Shown: piece after piece, positions 24,618 through 34,700 of the stretch | Layout of the letters: each line of letters begins with the position of its first letter | Position numbering within the stretch: the stretch's first letter is position 1 | From: a virus | UHGV virus genome: UHGV-0304565 | Reading direction: 5' to 3' (one strand) | DNA: 36,690 nucleotides | Made by a program: the position numbers and the translations under genes | The notes under the pieces: generated by a model | The model's database searches: none | What the model was told of the DNA's origin: nothing | What the model saw: only the letters and a program-made list of their open reading frames with translations

Positions 24618-27600
24618 ATGTCACAAAACGTAGAGTTTATCCTGTCGCTGGAAGACAAACAGTTTACAGCGTCAATCGATCGTGCGGGGAAACTGCTTAC
24701 TCGATTTGGTGAGCAGGTAACAAAGCCTGCTCAAAAAATCCAAACCTTTGAACGCTCTTTGGGTTCGGTCGCCCGTATTATTGGCGTTCTGGAAAGCAAG
24801 CTCGATTCTACGGCAGATAAACTACAGGATGTAGCTGCCGGTTTTGAGCTTGCTTCAGATGCTACGCGTAAAATGCGTGGCAACATCACCAGCCTCAATT
24901 CTGGTCTTAAAGCCCTGATTGAGCGCGTCGATACGACAACTTCTTCAGTAGATAAACTCACCGCGTCATTACGTAAAGTGCAATCAGAGCTAAATGATTT
25001 CTCTGATTGGGCGACCTATGCAAGCAAAAGCGCAAGCCGCTTTGGTACGGAGGTCAAAGAAGCCTCTGCGTCCGTGAGTGGCATGAATACGCGTCTTAAT
25101 GCCACGACGAAGCGACTCAGTAATTGGGGTGTCACAACGAGTCAGGCTGCCGAGGGACTGAAAAAGGTTCGTGAGCAGATGGACGAAGTTATCGGACGTC
25201 AGCAACTGATTAGCAAGCCGGTACGCGTTCGTACATCTGGAAGTGGCGATGGTGGTAGCGGGCGGCGTAGCGGCGCTTCTGGCCATAGCGGTAAAAGTAA
25301 CGAAGGAGGTATGTTCTCTGGCCTTCGTGGCAACATTTTCCTGCTTGGCGAGATCGGAGATGCAGCCAGAACGGTTACTGACATCATGTTTGGGTGGCAG
25401 AAGCCTATTGTTGAAGCTGCGGCCGAAATGGAACGTATGCGGGTGATGCTTCGAGGGTTGAATAAGGAGAAGTCCAACCCGGGCCAGGCTGCCGCTGATG
25501 ATATGAAGTACATCGTAGACATGGCTCAAAATGCGCCGTTCGCGATGCAGGCGTTAACAGACTCCTTCGTGAAGTTTCGTTCTGCTGGCTTAGATCCAAC
25601 CGATGGTTCTCTGAAGGCGCTGGTGGACTCCGTTGCTCGTTTTGGTGGTGATAGTGAGCTGTTGAAACGTGCGGCTGTGGCCGTTCAGCAGATGTCCGGT
25701 AAGGGCGTTGTGTCAATGGAAGAGCTACGTCAGCAATTAGGTGAAGCCGTTCCTAACGCGATGCAGGCAATGGCAGACGCCGCAGGCATCACTATGGGGG
25801 AACTAACTAAAGCCGTTGCCAGCGGTACGGTTGAGGCAAAGCAGGCGTTGTCTCTGATGTTTGTTGGTCTGCGTGCGGAGAACGAGAACGCAGCGAAAGA
25901 CATGATGCAAACCTACACAGGTGCGCTGGCGCAACTTCAGACGTCATTCACGTTATTTGCTGATCGAGTTGGTCAGGCTGGATATCTGGATTCTCTATCA
26001 AAGGGGATGAAAGAACTGGCTTCAATCATGAATAGCGCCGAAGGGATTTCGTTTGCCAATTCTTTAGGTTCGGGGTTAACGACGGCAATCGATGGGTTGC
26101 GTCAGCTTGCTCAATGGTTAGCAAAGAACCAAGAGCTGGTAATTAATCTCGGTAAGGTCGTGGCCGCGATGGTTGCGTTCAAACTGATGCGAGCAGGGAT
26201 CATGGGGGTAGTTGGCGCTGGCAGCCAGATGGTTAGCACCTTTGCCACGATGGCGACCGCCATACAGACTCCATTTAACCTCGGCGCTACAGCAGTAACT
26301 CGATTCAATCGTGCGGCACGTATGGGGTTGGCTCCGATCCCCTCTCTTATTTTCGCCATCCGTGGGGCGATTACGGGGCTTAAAGGTGCTTTTGCAGGAT
26401 TAACGGCGTTCATTGCAGCAAACCCTATAGGGGCAGCATTTACAGTTGCCACTGTAGCTGTTGCTGGCCTAATCACGTACATGACCATGCTCCGCAGCGA
26501 AACTTCAAAGGTCGTTGACGAGATTAGGAAAATACCAGAAGCGATGACAGCGGCCAAACGTGCACAAATGGCCGACCGCGCAGAAAAGCTCGAAAAGCAG
26601 ATTCTTGCTGATCAACGAGCATTAAAAACTGGTGAGGGTGTTAATTACGTATCTAACTCTGCCGGTGTTATTACTCACAAAGAGTCGAAGGCTGACATCG
26701 AAGCTCGCCTGAAAAAAAATCAGGAAGAGTATCAAAAGATAACCGGCACGATAGCTCTTGGTGACGGCGCTGTAGCAAAGCGTTTGGCTAAAGAGGCTGC
26801 CGAATCTCAGATTGAGAAAATTCGAGCGGAAAACCAGATTTTCGCGGCAACATTCGTGAAGGCCCGGCAGGAGGCTCTGGAGAAGATCCAGAAAATCAAT
26901 GATGACAGTTCACTTTCAGATGATGAAAAGAACAAGCTATTGGCACCGTTACGTGAAACGGTAAACAAAAGCTATCTGGAGCCTGCGCAAAAACTGGTTG
27001 ATTCACTTTCTTCTCGTAAGAATGCGACCGAGAAGCAAATCGCGACTCTTAATGATCAGCTTGAAAAAGCCAAAAAGGATGGAAATACCGAGCAGATCCA
27101 GAAACTGCAAGGCAGTATTCGTGGTTATCAGGAGCATTTGGAAACCGTTGCTCAGGAACTGACTCAGGCAGAGTTCGAGAGAGATAACGCGGCCAAAACT
27201 GGTAAGGGCGTGATGTCAAACCAGGGGACTGTTCTTGGGTTAGGTACAACTGATAAAGCTGCTCAGAAGGCGCTGGCGCAATATATGCGAAACCAGATGG
27301 ATTCTGCGACTTATCAGCGTACTTTGCCTGACGGCACTCCGATGATGGACTTCGAAGGTAAGCCTATTATTGGGCCTAAACAACTCAAGACGCAGCTTAA
27401 TTTGCAGAAAGCATCCAGTGCCAGCTCTCTGGAGAAAATGAGCGATGAAGAGCGTGCCGCAGCCATTGCTGCACTGACTAAAGCTCGTGAACAGGATGCC
27501 GCAGCCGCCGAGAAAGCCGCCCAACGATCAGCTAATGCTTCGCAGCGTGCGGCCAAGAAGGAACAGGCAGCGCAACAGAAACTGGCAGCCGGATACCAGA

Positions 27601-29189
27601 AGGCTCTGGACAAAGCCGATCAGCTTATGGGGCAAATGGGTGAAAGCTCTAAGGCTACGGTATCGTTTGATCAGTCTCTTCGCGATACAACGAAATCGCT
27701 GACAGATTTGGCTAATGCGGTTCCTAACGAGTTCATCACTCAAGAGATGATCGACAAGGCGAAAAAACGTCTTGAAGACCTCAAAAATGCGACACCTGAA
27801 TATCGCGAGATGTTTAATCGCCGCAATGTTGAGCAGATGATCTCCACTTGGGCACCGGAGGCGGATTCCATTATTAGTGCTGGCTATACGCCGTCTCGCG
27901 AAGAGAAAGTTGCTGATTTCGAAGACACCTACAACCGCAATCTCAAAGCGTTGATAGAACTTCGTGATAAGGCGTCTGATCCTAAAGTTGTGGCGCTTTA
28001 TACAAAGAAAATCAATCAACTGATTGCTGCTGGCAATACCGCGCTCATTAAAGAGACAGGGACTGCGACGCAGAAGTTGGCACTGGAATACGAAAACCTG
28101 GCAGAGCAGATCGAAAGCACCTGGACTGACTTGTTTAGTGGCTTAACGGATGTCCTGACTGATTTCGTTATTAACGGGAAGATGAGCTTCTCCAGCCTGT
28201 CTCAGTCCATTTTGAAAGATATCACCAATATGGTCGTGAAGTCGCAGATCACGCTGCCTCTAATGAACATGTTGGGGATGGGAACCACCGCAGCTGGTAG
28301 TTCACAGAGTGGTAATTTGCTCACCGGGGTTGCTTCCGCAGTTGCCAATCAAGGTGTGCGCATAAGCAACACTGTTAATGGCGACAAGTCGGTAGGAGAA
28401 GCCACGAAGGAGACGTCCAGTTCGGTAACTGGATTGGGGCAAACGACACAGCAGACCACCAGCGCAATTGGCACAGCAACAAATGCGATTGGTAGCTGGG
28501 TATCAGGGCTATTTGATAGCACCGAAGCCAAAGATGCTGAGACAAAAGCAGTGAAGGATTCCATCTTCTCGATGCAGAACCTCAGCTCTGTTACCGGTGC
28601 TCTGTCTGCCGCGTTTGCAATGCTTGGAGCTAATGCTTCCGGCTCTGGTAATAAGTGGTTGAATTTCGGCGCGACAGTTGCATCTGGGTTGGTTTCAGTA
28701 TGGGCAGGTGGTGGATTCGATGGATTGATGTCCGGTTCTTCTGGCTCAACTTCCGGGTTCAACAATCTGACCAGTTCTGCTGCCGATGGCACGAATGGTA
28801 TTCCTGCAATTCCGAAGTTTGCAAATGGTGGCATATTCGGAAAAGACGGCGTGATCCCGCTCCGGGCATACCAGAAAGGCGGTATCGCCAACTCACCTCA
28901 ATTGGCGTTGTTTGGGGAAGGCGATATGAATGAGGCGTATGTTCCATTGCCTGATGGTCGAACAATCCCTGTAACGCTCAGTACCGATGGTATGAGTGGA
29001 GGAGGAAATGTTCTTTCTCCGGTATCAATTGAGATCAACGTCCATAGTGACGGTAGCACAACTGAATCCGGCGATACAGAAAGCATATGGAACAATGCCG
29101 CTCAACGGATGAAAGCAATCGCGCTTGAGACTATCGCTCAAGAGAAACGCCCTGGCGGATCACTCAACCCAAACACTCAACGTAACTAA
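24618..29189 (+). CDS. Tail tape measure protein (about 1523 aa)
   Basis: Very long alanine-rich helical protein with a hydrophobic central segment; position after G/GT. ORF track starts at TTG 24597. Confidence 0.85.
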   Translation: MSQNVEFILSLEDKQFTASIDRAGKLLTRFGEQVTKPAQKIQTFERSLGSVARIIGVLESKLDSTADKLQDVAAGFELASDATRKMRGNITSLNSGLKALIERVDTTTSSVDKLTASLRKVQSELNDFSDWATYASKSASRFGTEVKEASASVSGMNTRLNATTKRLSNWGVTTSQAAEGLKKVREQMDEVIGRQQLISKPVRVRTSGSGDGGSGRRSGASGHSGKSNEGGMFSGLRGNIFLLGEIGDAARTVTDIMFGWQKPIVEAAAEMERMRVMLRGLNKEKSNPGQAAADDMKYIVDMAQNAPFAMQALTDSFVKFRSAGLDPTDGSLKALVDSVARFGGDSELLKRAAVAVQQMSGKGVVSMEELRQQLGEAVPNAMQAMADAAGITMGELTKAVASGTVEAKQALSLMFVGLRAENENAAKDMMQTYTGALAQLQTSFTLFADRVGQAGYLDSLSKGMKELASIMNSAEGISFANSLGSGLTTAIDGLRQLAQWLAKNQELVINLGKVVAAMVAFKLMRAGIMGVVGAGSQMVSTFATMATAIQTPFNLGATAVTRFNRAARMGLAPIPSLIFAIRGAITGLKGAFAGLTAFIAANPIGAAFTVATVAVAGLITYMTMLRSETSKVVDEIRKIPEAMTAAKRAQMADRAEKLEKQILADQRALKTGEGVNYVSNSAGVITHKESKADIEARLKKNQEEYQKITGTIALGDGAVAKRLAKEAAESQIEKIRAENQIFAATFVKARQEALEKIQKINDDSSLSDDEKNKLLAPLRETVNKSYLEPAQKLVDSLSSRKNATEKQIATLNDQLEKAKKDGNTEQIQKLQGSIRGYQEHLETVAQELTQAEFERDNAAKTGKGVMSNQGTVLGLGTTDKAAQKALAQYMRNQMDSATYQRTLPDGTPMMDFEGKPIIGPKQLKTQLNLQKASSASSLEKMSDEERAAAIAALTKAREQDAAAAEKAAQRSANASQRAAKKEQAAQQKLAAGYQKALDKADQLMGQMGESSKATVSFDQSLRDTTKSLTDLANAVPNEFITQEMIDKAKKRLEDLKNATPEYREMFNRRNVEQMISTWAPEADSIISAGYTPSREEKVADFEDTYNRNLKALIELRDKASDPKVVALYTKKINQLIAAGNTALIKETGTATQKLALEYENLAEQIESTWTDLFSGLTDVLTDFVINGKMSFSSLSQSILKDITNMVVKSQITLPLMNMLGMGTTAAGSSQSGNLLTGVASAVANQGVRISNTVNGDKSVGEATKETSSSVTGLGQTTQQTTSAIGTATNAIGSWVSGLFDSTEAKDAETKAVKDSIFSMQNLSSVTGALSAAFAMLGANASGSGNKWLNFGATVASGLVSVWAGGGFDGLMSGSSGSTSGFNNLTSSAADGTNGIPAIPKFANGGIFGKDGVIPLRAYQKGGIANSPQLALFGEGDMNEAYVPLPDGRTIPVTLSTDGMSGGGNVLSPVSIEINVHSDGSTTESGDTESIWNNAAQRMKAIALETIAQEKRPGGSLNPNTQRN

Positions 29190-29231
29190 CTATCGACTGC
29201 CCCGACCGGGGCAGTCTCACAAGGATGTGAG

Positions 29232-29567
29232 ATGGAAAGACAAACGTTTAATTGGTATCCAGATTACGAATCTGAAAAAAGCGTAAAACCGAATGTAACG
29301 ATACTTAATTTTGGTGATGACTACGAGCAACGACAGGCTCAAGGTCTTAATCGTATTAAAGAAGAATGGTCGCTAACCTTTACCAGACCATACAACGAAA
29401 TTAATGCAATCGATGACTTCCTGACTGAGCGAGCAGGCGTTGAGTCGTTCTATTGGGTTAATCCAAGAGGAAAACGGATTGTAGTTGTATGCGACAGTCA
29501 TACGGTCAAGCGATATCAAGGGTACGCTGTATTAACCGCTCCATTCAGACAAGTATTTGAGGCTTAA
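29232..29567 (+). CDS. M: Minor tail protein M
   Basis: Size and pattern (FGD.Y.QR...GLN ... FL.E..G...F.W..P) match lambda M as I recall it; GC hairpin 29195-29216 upstream. Confidence 0.75.
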   Translation: MERQTFNWYPDYESEKSVKPNVTILNFGDDYEQRQAQGLNRIKEEWSLTFTRPYNEINAIDDFLTERAGVESFYWVNPRGKRIVVVCDSHTVKRYQGYAVLTAPFRQVFEA

Positions 29568-29575
29568 GTATCTGG

Positions 29576-29596
29576 ATAAGTAAGTACTAATTTAAT
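29576..29596. promoter_or_regulatory. ATAAGTAAGTACTAATTTAAT motif (late-region family)
   Basis: 15 of 19 positions match 35929-35949. Confidence 0.4.
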
Positions 29597-29649
29597 ATTA
29601 TTGTGGCGCTGACAGGATGTTAGCGCCTACTTATTTCAAGGATGAAACA

Positions 29650-30348
29650 ATGGGAATAAAAGCTGATATTCAGAGCTTATCTCCCTCTGCACTCATTGAG
29701 TTGTTCGTACTGGATATGTCGAACACAACTTCAGGGGGGAAGCTATTCTTCCACGCCGGAACAAACGAACTGATGCAACCGGTTGTCTGGCAAGGAGTGA
29801 CATACGAGCCGTGGCCAATCAAAGCATCAGGCTTTGACAAAACGGGTCAGGGAACGTTACCACGTCCAAAAATTCAGGTATCGAACTTTGCCGGAACCGT
29901 CTCTGCGGAAGTTCAGGCAAACGACGATCTTGTTGGCTGCCGCATTATTCGCAAGATGACGCTGGCTCGCTTCCTCGATGCCGTTAATTTTAAAGATGGC
30001 AACCCAACAGCAGATCCAAACCAACATTTCCCGGATGAAATGTGGTTTATCGAACAGAAAACTCTCGAAACTCATCAGGTTGTCGAGTTTGAATTGTCCA
30101 GTGTGTTCGATTTGATGGGGGTGCAACTGCCGTATCGTCAGATCATTAAAAACACCTGCCCGTGGAAATACCGAGGGCCAGAATGCGGCTATACCGGCCC
30201 ATATTTCGACAAAAATAACCAGCAGACGTCTATGTCTGGTGCTGATTACTGCACAAAACGTTATGACGCCTGTAATGCGCGTCGGAATTATTTTGCCAAC
30301 GGAGTGATCCATTTTGGCGGATTTATTGGAGCTACGCGGTATGGGTAA
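29650..30348 (+). CDS. L: Minor tail protein L
   Basis: ARFLDAVNF, WQG, CGYTGP and FGGF segments match lambda L; ATG 29650 with SD aagga preferred over track start 29617. Confidence 0.8.
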   Translation: MGIKADIQSLSPSALIELFVLDMSNTTSGGKLFFHAGTNELMQPVVWQGVTYEPWPIKASGFDKTGQGTLPRPKIQVSNFAGTVSAEVQANDDLVGCRIIRKMTLARFLDAVNFKDGNPTADPNQHFPDEMWFIEQKTLETHQVVEFELSSVFDLMGVQLPYRQIIKNTCPWKYRGPECGYTGPYFDKNNQQTSMSGADYCTKRYDACNARRNYFANGVIHFGGFIGATRYG

Positions 30349-31138
30349 TAAAGCAATCCCTGAGCTTGGCTCTGACGTTATGCAGCAAATCTATCTCTGC
30401 GCCATAAATCGCTACCCTAATGAAGCGTGTGGCTTTCTGGTTAGAACTAATGGCGACAAATATCGCTTTATGGAAGCGCGGAATGTTTCGGAGAACCCGC
30501 AGAACACTTTTGTAATGCACGTTGACGACATTATGGCGGCAGAGGATGCGGGTGATGTTATCGCAATCTGGCATTCACATACTGATGAATCAGCAGAAGC
30601 ATCTGATGCCGATCGTGCAGGCTGCGAAGCGACGGAAGTTCCGTGGATGATTCTGGCTATTCGCAAGAATGTTGAGGGAGATGCCCCTTTCCATTTTAGC
30701 GAGATGAATGTGATCACACCTGATGGTTTCGAAATGCCATACCTGGGCAGACCGTATGTATTTGGCGTATTCGATTGCTGGATGTTGTGTCGGGACTATT
30801 TGAAGCGTGAGTTTAACGTCGAACTAAACCCGAACGCACACCTGCATATTCCATCGTGGTACACCGGCGATAACGACATTCTCGACCAGAACTACCGAAA
30901 CGAAGGATTGGTACGGCTTGCGCCCGGAACAGAGCCTCAACGTGGGGACATCTTCTTTATCCAATACGGGAAAATGCCTGACCACTGCGCGGTTTATATC
31001 GGCGATGGAATGATTCTTCATCACCAGATCGACCGCCTTAGTTGTCGTGCTTATTACGGCGGAATGTATCAGAAACATACGACGCATCACTTGCGTCACA
31101 GAGACTTGCTCAAGGGAGATGAGACGTGTCTGAGTTAG
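30341..31138 (+). CDS. K: Tail tip assembly protein K-like (MPN/JAMM plus NlpC/P60 domains)
   Basis: JAMM motif WHSHTDESAEASDAD; C-terminal Cys/His-containing region consistent with NlpC/P60. Start ATG 30341 or TTG 30314. Confidence 0.75.
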   Translation: MGNKAIPELGSDVMQQIYLCAINRYPNEACGFLVRTNGDKYRFMEARNVSENPQNTFVMHVDDIMAAEDAGDVIAIWHSHTDESAEASDADRAGCEATEVPWMILAIRKNVEGDAPFHFSEMNVITPDGFEMPYLGRPYVFGVFDCWMLCRDYLKREFNVELNPNAHLHIPSWYTGDNDILDQNYRNEGLVRLAPGTEPQRGDIFFIQYGKMPDHCAVYIGDGMILHHQIDRLSCRAYYGGMYQKHTTHHLRHRDLLKGDETCLS

Positions 31139-31719
31139 TTCATGTGCAGCTTGGCGGCCCTATGGCCAAACATTTTGGCCGCCACTGGCATCTAAAGGTG
31201 CGTAATACAAAACAGGCTCTGGATTTAATTGAGGCTAACAAGCCTGGGTTTAAAGCATGGATGAAGCGCAACATCAAAACCTATGACAGATACCACATCC
31301 AGATCACCAATAAACAGGGTCACAAGTGGTCTGTGGACGAGAGTGAATATCAGATGATGGGGCAGTCTGACAACATTGCCAAAATACGCATTACCCCTGT
31401 TCCGCGAGGGAGCGGCGGATCTGCTTTTGGGTGGTTTCAGACGGTAGTAGGGGCCGCTTTGTTGGTTGTATCGGCGGTAATGATGCCTGCTTTAGCACCT
31501 CTCGGTTTGTCACTGATGATGGGCGGTATATCACAAATCATATCGCCGCAAGCCACTAACGAAAGTGTGAGGCAAGCGGATAATTCGAACTCATATTATT
31601 TCGACGGCCCTCAAAATACAGAAAACCAGGGAAACCCAGTACAACTTATCTACGGCGAGGAAATTCTGGTTGGCTCACAGGTTGTGAGTTCTTCAATCAC
31701 GATTGACCAGCTAATGTAA
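31126..31719 (+). CDS. I: Tail assembly protein I-like
   Basis: GTG start with SD gggag, overlaps the end of K; position between K and J; hydrophobic segment mid-protein. Confidence 0.6.
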   Translation: MSELVHVQLGGPMAKHFGRHWHLKVRNTKQALDLIEANKPGFKAWMKRNIKTYDRYHIQITNKQGHKWSVDESEYQMMGQSDNIAKIRITPVPRGSGGSAFGWFQTVVGAALLVVSAVMMPALAPLGLSLMMGGISQIISPQATNESVRQADNSNSYYFDGPQNTENQGNPVQLIYGEEILVGSQVVSSSITIDQLM

Positions 31720-31737
31720 ACAAGGATTTTTTTGAAC

Positions 31738-34700
31738 ATGGAACAGTTCAAGAAGAAAAAGTTACCGCTGTTTATTGCCGGTGCGGGTGGTAAAAAAAGC
31801 AGCAAAAGCTCTAGCCGTACACCGGTTGAAGCCGACGATACCGTAAATTCTCGTGCAATGGCCGCTATCCTCGATCTTCTTGGGGAAGGTGTAATTGGCG
31901 GCTTGGTAAATGGCGCAAGATCTATTTTTATCGACGATCTGCCGATTGTAAATGAAGACGGTTCCTCCAACTTCAGCGGAATCACATGGGATTTTCGCGA
32001 CGGTTCGCAAGACCAGACTCCAATGTCTGGCTTTGATTTTGTCGAAACGCCTAAATCCGTCAATATCCAGTTAAAAAAAACACATTATGTAACGGTTTCA
32101 ATCGATAACGATGAAGCTGATCGGGTTCGTGTCATCATGAAGTTTCCTTCTTTGCGAAGCATAGATAAAAAAACTGGTGACACGAACGGTACAACCGTTG
32201 AGTACAAGTTCCAGATAGCAAATGGCGACTCAACATTTGTAGATGTGGTCGCAGAAGGTGAAAAAAGCGTTGGCATTAAGCTAACTGCAAAGAAGACAGG
32301 TGTTTATTACCGTAGCTATGAGCTGAAGCTGTCTAAGCCTGGACGCGCGTACAAGGTTCGTGTAGTCCGTATTACCGATGATAACAGCAGCCAGTATCTC
32401 TATAACGATACATGGGTGGACTCAATAGGTGAGATTGTAGATACACCGATGAACTACCCAAACTCTGTGCTGGTGGGGCTGAAGGTTAATTCTGAGCAAT
32501 TTGGTAGCACCATGCCATCTCGTTCGTATTTGGTGCGTGGATTAAAAATTCGCGTGCCGTCAAACTACAACGAGGCCAGCAACACTTATGATGGTGTATG
32601 GGATGGCACTTTTAAGCTGTTGTCTTCTTCAAACCCTGCGTGGATTCTCTTTGATTTGCTTACCAATGCTCGATATGGCCTTGGTCAGTATGTGTCGGAA
32701 TCTATGATTGACCTCGGCCAGCTATACCAGATCGGTCGATATTGTGACGAAGAGGTTGATGATGGCTTTGGTGGTAAAGAGAAACGCTTTGCAATCAATA
32801 CGCAGATCACCAGTCGACAGGACGCATACCGATTAATTCAGGATATTGCCGGTGCATTCCGCGGTATGGTGTTTTGGGCTGGTGGCATGGTTAACATCAT
32901 GCAGGATAGTCCATCAGATCCGGTAATGATGTTTACCAACTCCAACGTCAAAGATGGACTGTTTACCTATAAAGGTTCTGCGCGTAAAGATCGCCCATCC
33001 GTTGCGCTCGTAACCTACAACAACAAGGAGGACGGTTATAAGCAAAACATCGAGTACGTTGAAGATCAGGACGCAATGCGCCGTTATGGTGAGCGTAAAA
33101 CAGAAGTCGTAGCATTTGGATGTACAAGCCGAGGCCAGGCTCACCGAGTTGGTTTGTGGCTTTTGTATACCGCCAGAATGGAGTCGGATGTAATTACATT
33201 TACTGCCGGTTTAGACGCCTCATTTCTGATGCCCGGTGAAACCGTTCTGATTCAGAACAAATATCGTGCAGGTAAACGTAACTCCGGTCGAATTGTGGAG
33301 TTTACCAAAAACAGCATCACTCTCGATGCGCCTGTGTCGTTAGCTAAAAGCGGCAGCTTTATTCGGATATTGAATCAGGAAGGCAAAATCGTTGAACGCG
33401 ATGTTCTTGAAACTGGCGAAAACATAACAAAGGTTACGTTTTCAAAAGCTCTGTCGTCAGCGGAAACGCCTGTTTTGAACGGTGTCTGGACAATTACAGA
33501 ACCAGATCTCGAACCTATGCGCGTTCGCATCGTTAACATCGCGCAGGGGGAAACGCCGGGTAGCTTTGACATCACCGCTGTTGAGAACAATCCGTCTAAA
33601 TATGAGGCGATTGACAATGGTGCAACGCTTATCCCGCAGAATACGACGGTATTGGACCCGACTTACTCCAAGCCGTCTAATTTGCAAATCACCGAAGGGA
33701 CTTATCTCTCAAGCCCAGGCAACCTGTCAGTAAAACTGACTGCAACATGGGAAGGGAAATCTCCAGAGTATTGGATCAGTTGGCGACGTTCTGATGAAAA
33801 CAATGTATCGAACTGGCAATCGGCGCGTGTAACCGAAGAGCAATACGAAATCGTTAATGTTGCGGAGAATGGACGCTACGACTTCCAGCTGTATGCGGTT
33901 TCATTCAACGGTAAAAAAACAGAGATTATCAGTACCGTTTATCAGGTGCTGGGCACAATGACACCGCCAGATGCTCCAACGTCATTAACGGCCGTTGGAG
34001 ACTATCGTAATGTGATACTGAATTGGGTTAATCCAGATTCGGTAGACCTTGATCACATTAATGTTTACGCATCCCAGACCAACAATCTGGATACAGCGAA
34101 ACTGATCGCAGAGTCTGCAAGCACCACCTTTACACATGCTGGTCTTGGGGATAGCGAAACGTGGTATTACTGGGTTCGAGCATCGAACAAGCGAGGTATG
34201 TTAAGTCCTCCGAACTCAAACTTGGGGACAGAGGCGACAACTCGCGATGTACTGTCGTTCCTGACAGGCAAAATTACGTCTTCTGAACTTGGCCAGGCTT
34301 TACTTGAGGAAATCGACTCAAAAGTATCTCAGGAGGCGGTGGATTCCATCTATGAACAGATGGATGAAAGTCTGAAAAGCCTTGATGACAAGTTTACAGA
34401 GACAGATCGGCGGCTTGAAGAAGCTCAAAACGATCTTAAAACGGATGTTTCCAGTACTGTAAGCAAGGTGGAAGACGCTCTTAAGGAAGTTGAAAACTCT
34501 AACGCTGCTTTAATTCAGTTGCAGGAAACTGTATCAGAGCAGGGCAAAGCTGTAGCTGGAGCTGTTGAGGCGGCAAATGCAGCACTTGACAATTCATCGG
34601 CTTTAATCGCGGAGGAACGTGAAGCACGAGTTGAGGGTGACTTGGCAAACGCGAAAGAAATTGAGGCGATGAAGTCAACTGTAGATAGCAGTTTAGCCAC

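Noticed and set aside
24990-28891. Long minus-strand ORFs inside the tape measure gene (24990-25529, 26111-26557, 27528-28019, 28349-28891)
   Set aside because: Antisense shadow ORFs of a long GC-balanced gene; no SD and no intergenic space, and the plus-strand gene is strongly supported.
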